Assembly (NCBI GenBank): GCA_047947115.1
Contig: CP170459.1
Location: forward strand, 4,096,001-4,160,000
Reading direction: 5' to 3'
Source of the DNA: Verrucomicrobiota bacterium
GTDB taxonomy: Bacteria > Verrucomicrobiota > Verrucomicrobiia > Limisphaerales > AAA164-E04
DNA length: 64,000 nucleotides
Below, piece by piece: positions 1 through 10,581 of the stretch (its first letter is position 1; every line of letters begins with the position of its first letter). Both the position numbers and the translations under genes were made by a program. Under the pieces are notes generated by a model. It was not told the origin of the DNA. It saw nothing but the letters and a program-made list of their open reading frames with translations, and did not search any database.

Positions 1-90
1 GAAACCCATCACGCCATCGGTTCGCCCCACTCAGCAGGGACCCGGGATCATCTGAAGCGTCGAGAACAGGCCATAGCTGCCACTTTCTGA
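1..90 (+). CDS. 3' end of an upstream CDS (partial, product unknown)
   Basis: Frame 1 is open from base 1 (ETHHAIGSPH...AIAATF) to TGA at 88-90, 5 bp before the next ATG. Confidence 0.4.
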   Translation, partial: ETHHAIGSPHSAGTRDHLKRREQAIAATF

Positions 91-95
91 TCAAC

Positions 96-779
96 ATGGA
101 TTGGTTTCTAAACGCGGATTTCTCCACGGCACCCACGCCTCTGCACCTTACCCTGCTTGGGTTGCTGCTTTCGTTCCTTTGTGGTCACGTGATCGCCTGG
201 GTTTACATGATGACTCATACCGGATTGTCCTATTCCCGTACCTTTGTGCAATCATTGATGATCATGCCGGTCATTGTGGCTTTGGTGATGATGGTGCTTT
301 CCAACAATATCGTGTATGCGTTTGGATTGATGGCGGTATTTGCCATTGTCCGCTTCCGTAACATCCTGCGGGACACCCTCGACACAACTTATATCCTCGG
401 TGTGATCGTCATCGGAATGGCCTGCGGCACCTATAAATTTCTAACGGCATCAATCGGCTGTCTGCTGATCGCCCTGATATTGCTCTATGTCTGGCTCACA
501 GGATTCGGCAGTCGTCAGCGCTACGATATGATTTTGAACATGCATTGGGCGCGTGATCTGAATCACCTGATGGAACTGGAACTGATTCTTCGCAGACATG
601 CGTTACGATCTGTTTGTGCCAGCCAGCGATCCCACCAAACACTTTCAGGAACGGATCTATCTTATCGATTGTTGTTACGAAACCCCTCGAAGATGCAGGA
701 TTTGCTGGAGGAAATTAAATCATTGGATGGAGTCTCACGCGTCACCGGACTGCGTGCAGAGGAGGAATCAGAAATATGA
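96..779 (+). CDS. DUF4956-family membrane protein
   Basis: Several TM helices, 'AFGLMAVFAIVRFRNILRDTLDTTYI...IGMACG' motif typical of DUF4956, C-terminal ACT-like segment. Confidence 0.8.
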   Translation: MDWFLNADFSTAPTPLHLTLLGLLLSFLCGHVIAWVYMMTHTGLSYSRTFVQSLMIMPVIVALVMMVLSNNIVYAFGLMAVFAIVRFRNILRDTLDTTYILGVIVIGMACGTYKFLTASIGCLLIALILLYVWLTGFGSRQRYDMILNMHWARDLNHLMELELILRRHALRSVCASQRSHQTLSGTDLSYRLLLRNPSKMQDLLEEIKSLDGVSRVTGLRAEEESEI

Positions 780-1912
780 GCCAGGTTCCTCCCAAATCGA
801 TCCCTATTCCAGCATGGAAACGATGGATGGAATTTCGCCACCGAGTGTTGCCTTCCATCATGTTTGTAGTGGTGTTGTTTCTGGTTGGATTCCTTTGGAA
901 ATCACATCTGACCAGCCCTTCTCTGATCGGACAGGTGCAGACCATGCGATTGGATATCCGCACTCCGTCATCAGGCACGCTCACCAATCTTGCAGTGGAG
1001 CTTTATCAGAAAGTCAGGAAAGGCGACATCATTGCCAAACTCGATCCGGGTGATCCATTGACGTCGCTCGGATCTCAAGCCCAAGTCTTGTTGGCCAAAA
1101 AGGAATTACTGCAATTAATGAACCTGACTACTGCCGCCAACGCGTTTGATATCCAGCGAAATGTCATGGACAAAGAACGGTTGAGAACCGAGTTGTTGCA
1201 ACAGAAAGTCAATCTTGCCTCTGCTGAAATTTCCCTCAAGAACCTGGAAAATGAATGGCACCGTTCCAAAGGGTTGTTTGATGAAAAACTCCTGTCTGAA
1301 AGCGCATATGATCGTGCGGAAAAGGCTTTCCTCGCAGCCAAAGCCGAAGTTGAGGCGCGCAACGAATTGATTGCAGATCTGGGAAGAACGATTCAGAGCA
1401 TTGAATCCCTGATTGAAGGAAGTCGCGAGATTGAGGAAGCTAAATTGGAGATTGACCGAACCACACTGCAGAGATCGATCGCCAAACTGGAGCAGGAATG
1501 GCTCATCAGGGCCCCGGTGGATGGTGTCATTACGGCGATTCAAAAACGAAGCGGTGAAATGGTGGGATCCTCCGATTCCATTGCTACGCTGACCCAGTCC
1601 GGCACGAGATCCGTCATAGCTTTCCTTCCTCAGGGTTCTGAAATCCCCTTGTCAATCGGGCAATCATTGGAAATCAAGACCCGATCCCAGTTTGTGAAGC
1701 AGTGTAAGGGAACGGTCACCAAAGTGGGAGAAAGCTATGAGCCCATGCCGGACCAACTTTCTCAACTGCAGCTATTCAAAATTGGAGGCATTGGAATTCC
1801 CATTTTGATAGAATTGCCGGATGAGTTTCAGTGTCTCCCGGGTGAGCTGGTCAACATCACCTTCAACACGCCCGTCAAACATTCGAAAACTGAATCCTTG
1901 GCAGAACGCTGA
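776..1912 (+). CDS. HlyD-family membrane fusion / secretion protein
   Basis: N-terminal TM, lipoyl-like half motifs (IRTPSSGTL..., IRAPVDGVI...), central coiled coil; ATGA overlap with the DUF4956 gene. Confidence 0.8.
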   Translation: MSQVPPKSIPIPAWKRWMEFRHRVLPSIMFVVVLFLVGFLWKSHLTSPSLIGQVQTMRLDIRTPSSGTLTNLAVELYQKVRKGDIIAKLDPGDPLTSLGSQAQVLLAKKELLQLMNLTTAANAFDIQRNVMDKERLRTELLQQKVNLASAEISLKNLENEWHRSKGLFDEKLLSESAYDRAEKAFLAAKAEVEARNELIADLGRTIQSIESLIEGSREIEEAKLEIDRTTLQRSIAKLEQEWLIRAPVDGVITAIQKRSGEMVGSSDSIATLTQSGTRSVIAFLPQGSEIPLSIGQSLEIKTRSQFVKQCKGTVTKVGESYEPMPDQLSQLQLFKIGGIGIPILIELPDEFQCLPGELVNITFNTPVKHSKTESLAER

Positions 1913-1933
1913 GCTCCACGGCATGATCTCCGC

Positions 1934-2554
1934 ATGGCACGCATCAAAGCGCTACCAACGGAAGTTTCTTCCCGGTATTACCCGTTTGATTATTTTGCGC
2001 CCATAGATTGGGAGCAGGTATTTGGTATCACGTCCCCAATAGAAATAGAGCTTGGGGCGGGTGATGGATCGTTCCTTATACAATACGCGGAACAAAACCC
2101 CCAGCTCAAGCTGCTGGGAATCGAACGCCTTCTGGGGCGTATCCGTAAAATCGATCGAAAAGCGCATAAATCCGGGATCACCAACCTGCGGCTCCTCAGA
2201 ATTGAAGCAGGTTATTTTTTGAAATACCTCCTCAAGGAACAATCCGTGCGTGCCGTCCACGTTTATTTTCCTGATCCATGGCCCAAAAAGCGTCATCAGA
2301 AAAACAGGCTCATCAACTCAACCTTTGTTGACCATTGTAAACGAATTCTGGAACCTTCCGGCCACGTTTACCTCAGAACGGATCACATCGAGTATTTTGA
2401 ACAGATGAAAACGGTCTTCGCGGACTCACCGGATTTTGAATTTCAGGATACTCCAATCAGTTTGCAAACCATCAAGACGGATTTTGAAACCCGTTTCAAC
2501 CAACAGGGCATCCAGACCCAGCACGCCACATACCGCTTGATTGCAGGAACATGA
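1934..2554 (+). CDS. trmB: tRNA (guanine-N7)-methyltransferase
   Basis: IEIELGAGDG SAM motif, FPDPWPKKRHQKNRL, LRTD, TDFE motifs. Confidence 0.95.
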   Translation: MARIKALPTEVSSRYYPFDYFAPIDWEQVFGITSPIEIELGAGDGSFLIQYAEQNPQLKLLGIERLLGRIRKIDRKAHKSGITNLRLLRIEAGYFLKYLLKEQSVRAVHVYFPDPWPKKRHQKNRLINSTFVDHCKRILEPSGHVYLRTDHIEYFEQMKTVFADSPDFEFQDTPISLQTIKTDFETRFNQQGIQTQHATYRLIAGT

Positions 2555-2751
2555 TCAGGCCAAAAGTATCCCTCACTGAGCATGGCAGAACTCGCCTGAA
2601 ATCCCCCTTGCCTCAGACTCTCGAAAAATCACATGTTGATCCGCACTGGTTTTGGGAATTTTCACATTCTCGCTTCCATTATCGAGCATCGGGACTGAGA
2701 ATTGTGGACCGTTGGTTGAGAATTGGACTTTTTCCATTATATTAAACGCCT

Positions 2752-4032
2752 ATGTTCAAAACCAGATTTCAACCTAGGCACCTTTTCGCCTGTTTACTTG
2801 CTTTTTCCACCTCATTAAGTGCAGGTGTTGAGCTCGGGAGTGACATGCTGGAGCTTTTGAATTTCGAGCCGCTTCAAAACAAGAGAGTAGGTCTCATGAC
2901 GAATCCCAGTGGAATCAACCGAAAGGGTATCACCACTGTCGACCTGTTCCATCAAGCGCGGGAGGTGAACCTGGTCGCACTTTTCGGAGCCGAACATGGT
3001 CTGGACGGAATGGCTCCGGCCGGTAAAGAAGTCAGGGATGGAACCGACCCCAAAACTGGTTTGCCAGTGTTCTCACTCTATGGCCCCGGCCCCATTCGCA
3101 AACCAACCGAGAAAATGCTGCAACATATCGACATTCTTGTCTATGACCTGCAGGATACAGGTGCGCGATCTTACACCTTTATCAGTTCCATGGGAATGGC
3201 CATGGATGCCTGTGGAAAAGCTGGAGTGGAATTCATGGTATTGGATCGTCCCAATCCGCTGGGCGGAATCCGGGTGGAAGGGCCGCTTTTCAATCCGCGT
3301 TTTCGTTCCATGGTAGGTCAGTGGCCCATCCCGTATGTTTATGGAATGACCTGTGGAGAACTGGCACGCATGATCAATGGCACTGGCATGATCGAAAACC
3401 CCTGCGTGCTCTATATCGTTCCCATGAGAGGCTGGAAACGTGACATGGTGTGGCAGGATATTGGATTGAACTGGCGACCGACTTCACCATTGGTCCCCCA
3501 CTCTCACTCACCGCTTTTTCAGGTAGCCATGGGAATGGTGGGAGAAATCGGGGGGCTCGATCTGGGATTTGGAACACAGACACCATTTGAACTGTTTGCA
3601 TCAGCCTGGTTGGATGCGCCGGCTGTCAGCGAGCATCTCAATCAACTGGATTTGCCGGGGACCCGATTTGAATCCACCCACACCACTGTCGCCCGCGGAC
3701 GTTACAAGGGCAAAACCATTCCAGCAGTCAAAGTGCACTTCAACGACCCGGTGGGAGCTCCGCTTTCTCCCGTTAATTTGTATGTCATCGAAGCACTCCG
3801 ATTGGTTCAGGGAAGGGACATGATTCGCATCAAGAATGATGAAGGCAAGCGTTGGGGGTTGTTCGACAAAGTAAACGGTACCGACACAACAAGGCGAGAT
3901 CTCGAAGTAGGCCGTTCGGTTAAAAACATTGTGGAGTCATGGCAAGAAGGTCTGGACACCTTTAAGGAAAAACGGAAACCTTACCTCATCTACTCAACAT
4001 CCGAATCCACAAAATCCAATGCCCAGCGATAG
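2752..4032 (+). CDS. DUF1343 / NamZ-family exo-beta-N-acetylmuramidase, signal peptide
   Basis: RVGLMTNPSG, LFGAEHG, DLQDTGARSYTF, VLDRPNPLGG, YGMTCGELA motifs. Confidence 0.9.
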   Translation: MFKTRFQPRHLFACLLAFSTSLSAGVELGSDMLELLNFEPLQNKRVGLMTNPSGINRKGITTVDLFHQAREVNLVALFGAEHGLDGMAPAGKEVRDGTDPKTGLPVFSLYGPGPIRKPTEKMLQHIDILVYDLQDTGARSYTFISSMGMAMDACGKAGVEFMVLDRPNPLGGIRVEGPLFNPRFRSMVGQWPIPYVYGMTCGELARMINGTGMIENPCVLYIVPMRGWKRDMVWQDIGLNWRPTSPLVPHSHSPLFQVAMGMVGEIGGLDLGFGTQTPFELFASAWLDAPAVSEHLNQLDLPGTRFESTHTTVARGRYKGKTIPAVKVHFNDPVGAPLSPVNLYVIEALRLVQGRDMIRIKNDEGKRWGLFDKVNGTDTTRRDLEVGRSVKNIVESWQEGLDTFKEKRKPYLIYSTSESTKSNAQR

Positions 4033-4139
4033 CAGTGTGCTGAGCATCAAACCGATAAACGGCCCTTCCCTTGGGCACATGAAGGCTCTGAGGAATTAAT
4101 GCCAACGAATCGTTGCATCGGACGGCACGATTTTGCATA

Positions 4140-5687
4140 ATGCCTTCGAAGACAATTTATCCCATGGAGTACGAATTGGTTACCCAGGAAGACGTATTTC
4201 ACTCAATGGAATCCGCCAAGTCGATTGGCCGCAAAGCCTATGACGAACTTGTCACGCATCTGCGAGCGGATCTCCTCGAAGCCCAGCGTGCCCTGGAAGC
4301 AACCTCTCAATCGGTGATCATCACCATTGGAGGTGTGGACGGCGCGGGTAAAGGTGAAGTCATTCAAATCCTCAATGAATGGTTGGATCCACGTGGTCTG
4401 GACACTCATAGCTTCTGGGATATGGCGGCGAATGCGACGGATCGCCCCTACCAATGGAGGTATTGGCAGTCCCTGCCCAAGCGTGGACGCATTGCTATCT
4501 GGTTTGGAGGCATGTACACGGACCCGATCGACAAATACGTTCACGAACGACGTCACCCCGAATGGGCCAAGGAAATCAGTCGTGAAATCCGTTTTTTTGA
4601 AAACATGTTGCGTGAGGATGGGACGATTCAGATTAAAATCTGGTTGCACCTGACAAAAGGCGCCCAGCACAGGCGCTTGAAGGATCTGTATGATAACCCG
4701 CAGGAACATTGGCGTGCCATGCAGGATGATTGGAAGCACCACAACCTTTACGAACATTTTTCAGAAGCTGCCGAGCAATTGATTTCACGCACAAATCGGA
4801 AAGAATCCCCCTGGCATGTCATCGATGCATCCATCAAGGAATGGAGGAATGTCACTGTAGGACGTCTGTTGCACGAAACCGTGCTCAAGGCAATCAAGTT
4901 GCAAACATCGAAGCCAAGCAAAAAGAAAATCGCACAGAAGTTTTCCAAGGTCGAACGAGATTACCTCTCCGAAGTGGACTTGGACCAGAAATTGGATACC
5001 GAAGTGTATGAACAGGCTTTAATCACCTGGCAGGGACGATTGCATCGACTTTTCTGGGAAGCCTATGATCGCAACATCTCCACCGTCCTAACCTTTGAGG
5101 GATGGGACGCAGCTGGCAAAGGTAGCGCCATCAAGCGTGTCACGGCCGCCATCGACGCCCGCCTGTATCGCATCGTTTGCGTCGGAGCCCCGACACAGGA
5201 AGAGAACAGATATCACTATCTGTGGCGCTTTTGGGGCCCTCTTCCAAGAGCGGGACGTATCACAATTTTCGACAGATCATGGTACGGGCGAGTACTGGTT
5301 GAGCGGGTTGAAAAATTCGCAGAAGAAAAGGAATGGACACGGGCTTATGAGGAAATCAACGAATTTGAAGAGCTTCTGACAAGTCATGGCACCGTTGTTT
5401 GCAAATTCTGGCTGCATATCAGCAAGGACAAGCAAATGGATCGATTTAAAAAGCGGTTAAAAGTCCCTTACAAACGGCACAAAATAACCGAGGAAGACTG
5501 GCGCAACCGGGAGAAGTGGTCTCAGTATGAAACGGCGGTAAATGACATGATCGGTCTGACCAATACTCCCAACGCACCCTGGACCATTGTGGCCGGTAAC
5601 AGTAAGAAGTTTGCCCGCATACAGATTCTCCAATCCATCTGTCGACAATTGGAACAAGCGCTGGGAAATTCGGGCGACCAAAGCTGA
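4140..5687 (+). CDS. pap: Polyphosphate:AMP phosphotransferase (two-domain PPK2)
   Basis: Two PPK2 domains with GVDGAGKG and GWDAAGKG Walker A motifs, FDRSWYGRVLVERVE; start at ATG 4140 or 4164. Confidence 0.9.
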   Translation: MPSKTIYPMEYELVTQEDVFHSMESAKSIGRKAYDELVTHLRADLLEAQRALEATSQSVIITIGGVDGAGKGEVIQILNEWLDPRGLDTHSFWDMAANATDRPYQWRYWQSLPKRGRIAIWFGGMYTDPIDKYVHERRHPEWAKEISREIRFFENMLREDGTIQIKIWLHLTKGAQHRRLKDLYDNPQEHWRAMQDDWKHHNLYEHFSEAAEQLISRTNRKESPWHVIDASIKEWRNVTVGRLLHETVLKAIKLQTSKPSKKKIAQKFSKVERDYLSEVDLDQKLDTEVYEQALITWQGRLHRLFWEAYDRNISTVLTFEGWDAAGKGSAIKRVTAAIDARLYRIVCVGAPTQEENRYHYLWRFWGPLPRAGRITIFDRSWYGRVLVERVEKFAEEKEWTRAYEEINEFEELLTSHGTVVCKFWLHISKDKQMDRFKKRLKVPYKRHKITEEDWRNREKWSQYETAVNDMIGLTNTPNAPWTIVAGNSKKFARIQILQSICRQLEQALGNSGDQS

Positions 5688-5738
5688 TTTTCCAGCAAAC
5701 CCGTTGCGAACGTCGGCAATCTCATTCATAATCTCCGC

Positions 5739-6935
5739 GTGAGTTTCGCTGAAACCTTTCATCATTTCCCTGCTGTGGATTGGCAAGACCGATGCATGAC
5801 ATCGTCGGCTGCCGGTGTGGAGCGTGCCTTGGCCACATCGCACAGTGATACCCTGGCGCAATTTGCGGCATTGATTTCTCCGTCGGCAGAGGCCTATCTG
5901 GAATCCATTTGCCAAACTTCCAAATCCATTACCCAACAGCGTTTTGGAAAAGTAATCCGCCTCTTTGCTCCGTTGTATTTGTCTAATGAATGCATTAACA
6001 ACTGCTCCTATTGCGGTTTTTCCCGGGATAACCCCATTCTACGAGTGACATTGTCTGCGGAAGACATCCTCAGCGAGGCACGGGAACTTACCCGTCAGGG
6101 ATTCAGAAACATTCTGCTGGTTGCCGGGGAACATCCCAAATTTGTTTCATCCGGATATTTGGAAGCGTCTCTTCGGCAATTGAGGACTTTCGTCCCGGGT
6201 TTGTCTTTGGAAGTCGGTCCGATGGAAGCCAATGAGTACCGGTCCATGGTCCGCGCCGGTGCAGAAGGCTTGGTGGTGTACCAGGAGACTTACGACCGTG
6301 AGATGTACGTAAAAATGCATACGGCTGGCCCCAAAAAGCACTTTGACTGGCGGCTGGAAACTCCGGAGAGAGCTTATGAGGCGGGTTTCCGTCGTTTGGG
6401 TATCGGAGCTCTGTTTGGATTGTCGGACTGGCGCACCGAAGCGTTGGCTCTTGCCGCACACACGCAATATCTGCTGAAACATTGCTGGAAAGCACAGCTG
6501 ACCCTCTCATTTCCCAGATTACGCCCTTGTGCAGGATCTTTTAAACCGCTGACACATTTGTCCGACAAACACCTGGTACAGCTGGTTTCCGCCTTTCGAA
6601 TCTGTTTTCCAGATGTCGGTCTGGTATTGTCGACTCGAGAACCGGCGCCTTTGAGAAACGGTTTGATACCACTTGGGATCACTCTCATGAGCGCAGGTAG
6701 TCACACTGAACCGGGCGGCTATACCGGCGCCGGCAAGGAAAAACTGCACCAAACGGAGAAAGGACGCGTCGTACCTATTTCCGAGGGCAGCAGCGAGTGG
6801 GCGGACGGTCAGGCGTCAGCAACCGGACAATTCGATATTGCCGATGAACGATCCCCGGAAGAAATGGCTCAACAAATTCGCAACCTCGGATACGAACCCG
6901 TGTGGAAAGACTGGGACGCCGGGATTCTCGCCTGA
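5739..6935 (+). CDS. thiH: 2-iminoacetate synthase (radical SAM)
   Basis: FAPLYLSNECINNCSYCGF, YQETYD, SFPRLRP, SAGSHTEPGGY, PVWKDWD; followed by thiS. Confidence 0.93.
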   Translation: MSFAETFHHFPAVDWQDRCMTSSAAGVERALATSHSDTLAQFAALISPSAEAYLESICQTSKSITQQRFGKVIRLFAPLYLSNECINNCSYCGFSRDNPILRVTLSAEDILSEARELTRQGFRNILLVAGEHPKFVSSGYLEASLRQLRTFVPGLSLEVGPMEANEYRSMVRAGAEGLVVYQETYDREMYVKMHTAGPKKHFDWRLETPERAYEAGFRRLGIGALFGLSDWRTEALALAAHTQYLLKHCWKAQLTLSFPRLRPCAGSFKPLTHLSDKHLVQLVSAFRICFPDVGLVLSTREPAPLRNGLIPLGITLMSAGSHTEPGGYTGAGKEKLHQTEKGRVVPISEGSSEWADGQASATGQFDIADERSPEEMAQQIRNLGYEPVWKDWDAGILA

Positions 6936-6966
6936 CATCATACATTCTCAAAGTATCTGAATTCAA

Positions 6967-7173
6967 ATGCCGGTCGTCACTGCAAACGGAAAAGAACTGA
7001 AAACCGAAACCATCCCCTGCTCTTTGGAAACGTTTCTGAGAGAGCAAGGGCTCATGCCGAAATCAGTCGTCGTTGAGTTGAATGGAAATGCCATTCCTCC
7101 TTCTGAATTTGCGGATCACCTCGTAAAAGATGGCGACCGGATGGAAATCGTCAAAATTGTCGCGGGGGGATAA
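6967..7173 (+). CDS. thiS: Sulfur carrier protein
   Basis: 68 aa, VVVELNG...GDRMEIVKIVAGG with C-terminal Gly-Gly. Confidence 0.93.
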   Translation: MPVVTANGKELKTETIPCSLETFLREQGLMPKSVVVELNGNAIPPSEFADHLVKDGDRMEIVKIVAGG

Positions 7174-7237
7174 AACCACTACCGCGCAACCACTCATCGG
7201 CGTTTAACAAAACACCAGCGTCATGGGGCTGCTTTCC

Positions 7238-9022
7238 TCATTTCAATGGCCAAAGGAGCGGGATAACCGCGGAAGCCACCGCCCAAATCAACAGATTCAA
7301 GGGCAATCCCACCCGAATAAAGTCGCGAAATTGATATCCTCCCGCACCGTATACAAGTGCGTTGGTTTGATATCCAATGGGAGAGGCAAAACATGCGGAA
7401 GCACCTATCGCAACCGCAATCATAAATGGTTTGGTTGCCAGATTCAGGTGATGGGCCATTTCCAAAACAATCGGAGTCATGATGACCGCAACAGCGTTGT
7501 TGGATAAAAAAGTGGTCAGCAGAGAGGTCAATAATATGATACCGGATAATAAGACAACGGGATGACTCCCTCCCATGGCGGCGATCAAATGACTCGCCAG
7601 CCAATCAATCCCAGACGTCTTCTTCAGAGCCGCCCCCAATCCCAGCATTCCAAAGATCAAAAACAAAATGCGCCAATCCACAGCCCGATAAGCTTCATCC
7701 ATCTCCAGGCACCCAGTCATCACCACGATCAATGCAGCAGCCAACCCCAAAGCAGCAATTGGCATTGATGTGAAGGTAGCCGCTAATACCATCGCAAGAA
7801 TGACTCCCGCAGCGATCCATTGCTTGCTCTTGCGTGGCACCAGTCGTGGTTCATCGGACAAAACAATCACATCACGCGAATCCCTGAGGCGACGCATCGA
7901 GTTCTCTGTTCCTTCCAATAATAACGTGTCACCGTACTGCAGCACTGTGGATTCGAATTGATTGCGCAGGTTCACCCCGTGTCGGTGCACGGCAAGAACC
8001 AATACACCGAACAATCTGCGCAAATCTCCTTGTCGAATCGATTTCCCAATCAATGAGGATCGTGGACTGACCACACATTCAGCCACCGCCGCTTTCTGAG
8101 TTCCCACCCATTCAAGCCCCATCTGCCCATCCCCTTTGAGTATTTCCAATCCCGATAGGTTTTTCAGTTCCATCACCGATGAGAAAACAGTGCTCAGCCT
8201 GACCCGATCTCCCGCCTGAAACACGACTTGATCCAACGGCACGCCAATCAATTCATCACCACGAATCACTTCCAGAATTCGGGCTTTGGGAATGGATTTG
8301 AGGGATGTCTCGATCAGTTTTTTTCCTACCAGCGGAGAGTTGGGAACAATAATAGCTTCGGTGAAGAACTGTTTACTCTCGGTCGTTTGCAGGATGGTGG
8401 ACAGAGTCTCGCGATCGGGAAGCAACTTCCGCCCAATGGTCCACAGGTATCCCAAGCCAACCGCCGTCAAGATGAGTGCCACCCCGGTCAAATCAAACAT
8501 GCCAAGCGCTTTTTCTCCCAAACTATGTGCCGTTGAACTCACCAGGATGTTGGTTGAAGTTCCAATCAAAGTGCAGCAACCGCCAAGAATGGAAGCAAAT
8601 GACAGCGGGATCAAAAGTTTCGATGGTTTGATGCCTCTTTTTGATACAATGCCGATCACCATCGGCATGAAGACAAGCACGACAGGCGTGTTGTTTATAA
8701 AAGCGGACAAAAATGCCACCATGGGCAACAGCAACAAACTAACGGAAAGCTCCGATTTCCCCACAATTTTGTTCAACCACCCCCCCACCCGGTCGATGGC
8801 TCCCGTCCGCTCAAGCGCCGAACTCAACACAAACATGCAGGCGACGGCAATGACCGCCTCGTTGCTGAATACATGGAACAGTTCCTCCGGGGTCAACAGT
8901 CCGGCAAAAACCAGCAACACCATAGCTGCCACAGAAATGACATCCGATCGCCATCGCTCCCAGACCATGGCAGCGAATACCACTCCCACCAGAGTGAATA
9001 CAATGATCATGTCATTTGTCAT
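7238..9022 (-). CDS. SLC13/DASS-family permease with TrkA-C (RCK-C) domains
   Basis: SAFINNTPVV, GGCCTLIGTSTN, LSNNA, PIGYQTN motifs flanking two TrkA-C repeats (SPLVGK, SSLIGK); likely start ATG 9022. Confidence 0.9.
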   Translation of the reverse strand: MTNDMIIVFTLVGVVFAAMVWERWRSDVISVAAMVLLVFAGLLTPEELFHVFSNEAVIAVACMFVLSSALERTGAIDRVGGWLNKIVGKSELSVSLLLLPMVAFLSAFINNTPVVLVFMPMVIGIVSKRGIKPSKLLIPLSFASILGGCCTLIGTSTNILVSSTAHSLGEKALGMFDLTGVALILTAVGLGYLWTIGRKLLPDRETLSTILQTTESKQFFTEAIIVPNSPLVGKKLIETSLKSIPKARILEVIRGDELIGVPLDQVVFQAGDRVRLSTVFSSVMELKNLSGLEILKGDGQMGLEWVGTQKAAVAECVVSPRSSLIGKSIRQGDLRRLFGVLVLAVHRHGVNLRNQFESTVLQYGDTLLLEGTENSMRRLRDSRDVIVLSDEPRLVPRKSKQWIAAGVILAMVLAATFTSMPIAALGLAAALIVVMTGCLEMDEAYRAVDWRILFLIFGMLGLGAALKKTSGIDWLASHLIAAMGGSHPVVLLSGIILLTSLLTTFLSNNAVAVIMTPIVLEMAHHLNLATKPFMIAVAIGASACFASPIGYQTNALVYGAGGYQFRDFIRVGLPLNLLIWAVASAVIPLLWPLK

Positions 9023-9086
9023 GGCAAAAAAACGGCCTGATGATTCCAAGATTCAATCTTCCATGGCCGAACCGGTTCAAACAGGC

Positions 9087-10505
9087 TCAGGAATGGATAG
9101 TTCGGTCATCCACGGACAGGGCGGCTTCTTTCAACGCTTCGGAAAAGGTGGGATGGGCATGGCAGATACGTGCCAAATCCTGACTGGTGGCCTGTCGTTG
9201 CATGGCGACAGCGGCTTCATGAATGAGTTCTCCGGCATTTTCCCCAAGAATATGCACACCCAAAATACGGTCTGTCGCCTCATCGGCCAGCATCTTAACC
9301 CAACCGTCCACATCCCCCGTCGTCCGGGCGCGTCCATTGGCTCTGAAATGAAACATCCCTTTCCGGTATGCGACGCCTCTCGTCTGCAAAGACTCCTCGT
9401 GGGCACCGATCATGGCCAGTTCAGGATGTGTATAAACCACGGCAGGGATCAGGTCGTAATCGACATGTGCTTCCTTACCATACAACTGCTCAGCAAAAGC
9501 AACCCCTTCTTCCTCAGCCTTATGAGCAAGCATCGGGCCTCGAATGACATCTCCAAGTGCGAAGAGGCCCGGAACATTCGTCTCAAACCGTTCGTTCACA
9601 CTGATGCACCCGCGCTCATCCATTTGAACCCCCAGTGCTTCCAGTCCCAAATTGGCGGTAAAAGGTTTGCGTCCAACGGCAACAAGCACATGACTGCACT
9701 CGATAACCTCCCCTCCATCCAGTTCAATGCGACAACCATCCTCGTCACGTGTTGCAGACAGAACCTTTTTCCCAAATTGAAATGACAATCCCTGCCGATG
9801 AAGGATGCGTTGGGCCTCCCGGGCGGTTTCTCCATCCATACCCGGGAATATTTGCGGCAACATTTCCAAAACGGTTACCTTGGAACCCAGGCGATTCCAG
9901 ACTGACCCCAGTTCCAACCCGATATAACCGCCGCCGATCACGACCAAATGCTCGGGAACGGACTCAAATGACAAGGCTTCCTGGCTGGTCACAATCCGTT
10001 CTCCGTCAGTTGGAACCTGAGGTAATGCGACGGGTTGGCTCCCGGTTGCGATCAATATGTTCTTGGTCTGAATCATGGAATCACTCCCGTCATCGGCCAA
10101 CACTCGAACCTGGCCGGGACCGGTGATGCCGGCCTGCCCTTGGATGGAGGTAATCTTGTTTTTCTTGAACAGGGTTTCCACTCCCTTCCCAAGCATGGTC
10201 ACCGTCTGCTGCTTGCGCTTCATCATGCGTGCAAGATCCAGACGAGGAGAATCGACAAGGATGCCGTGCTGGGCGAGCTGTTTGCCCGCAAACACAAAAT
10301 GCGCGCTGGATTCCAGCAGTACCTTACTCGGGATGCATCCCACCCGAAGACATGTCCCCCCCAAAGAGGGAGCCTTGTCCACACAGGCTACTTTCAACCC
10401 GAGTTGCGCCGCACGTATGGAGGCGACATAACCACCCGGACCGCTGCCAATCACCGTCAAATCAAATTCGCTCATCTCAGTCATCACGTTAGGTTGGGAA
10501 ACCAT
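9087..10505 (-). CDS. lpdA: Dihydrolipoyl dehydrogenase
   Basis: GSGPGGY, GGTCLRVGCIPSK redox disulfide, GGGYIGLE, HPTFSE. Confidence 0.95.
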   Translation of the reverse strand: MVSQPNVMTEMSEFDLTVIGSGPGGYVASIRAAQLGLKVACVDKAPSLGGTCLRVGCIPSKVLLESSAHFVFAGKQLAQHGILVDSPRLDLARMMKRKQQTVTMLGKGVETLFKKNKITSIQGQAGITGPGQVRVLADDGSDSMIQTKNILIATGSQPVALPQVPTDGERIVTSQEALSFESVPEHLVVIGGGYIGLELGSVWNRLGSKVTVLEMLPQIFPGMDGETAREAQRILHRQGLSFQFGKKVLSATRDEDGCRIELDGGEVIECSHVLVAVGRKPFTANLGLEALGVQMDERGCISVNERFETNVPGLFALGDVIRGPMLAHKAEEEGVAFAEQLYGKEAHVDYDLIPAVVYTHPELAMIGAHEESLQTRGVAYRKGMFHFRANGRARTTGDVDGWVKMLADEATDRILGVHILGENAGELIHEAAVAMQRQATSQDLARICHAHPTFSEALKEAALSVDDRTIHS

Positions 10506-10581
10506 AGGTGGTTCCGATCGGACATGGGAGAAAAAACGGATCTTTTATGTTGGTCAACATTGCTCCAATCATTCCTCATGC

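Noticed and set aside
4123..4137. Sigma54 -24/-12-like motif GGCACGATTTTGC before the PPK2 gene
   Set aside because: GG-to-GC spacing is 9 nt rather than the required 10, and the motif sits almost on the start codon
5688..5738. TPP riboswitch upstream of thiH
   Set aside because: The gap is only ~50 bp and lacks the CUGAGA and ACCUGA cores
8286..9785. 499-aa plus-strand ORF
   Set aside because: Antisense shadow of the SLC13 permease and lpdA, with no recognisable motifs
10547..10560. Palindrome ATGTTG-gt-CAACAT upstream of lpdA
   Set aside because: Only 6-bp arms, a single occurrence and no candidate regulator; may be chance
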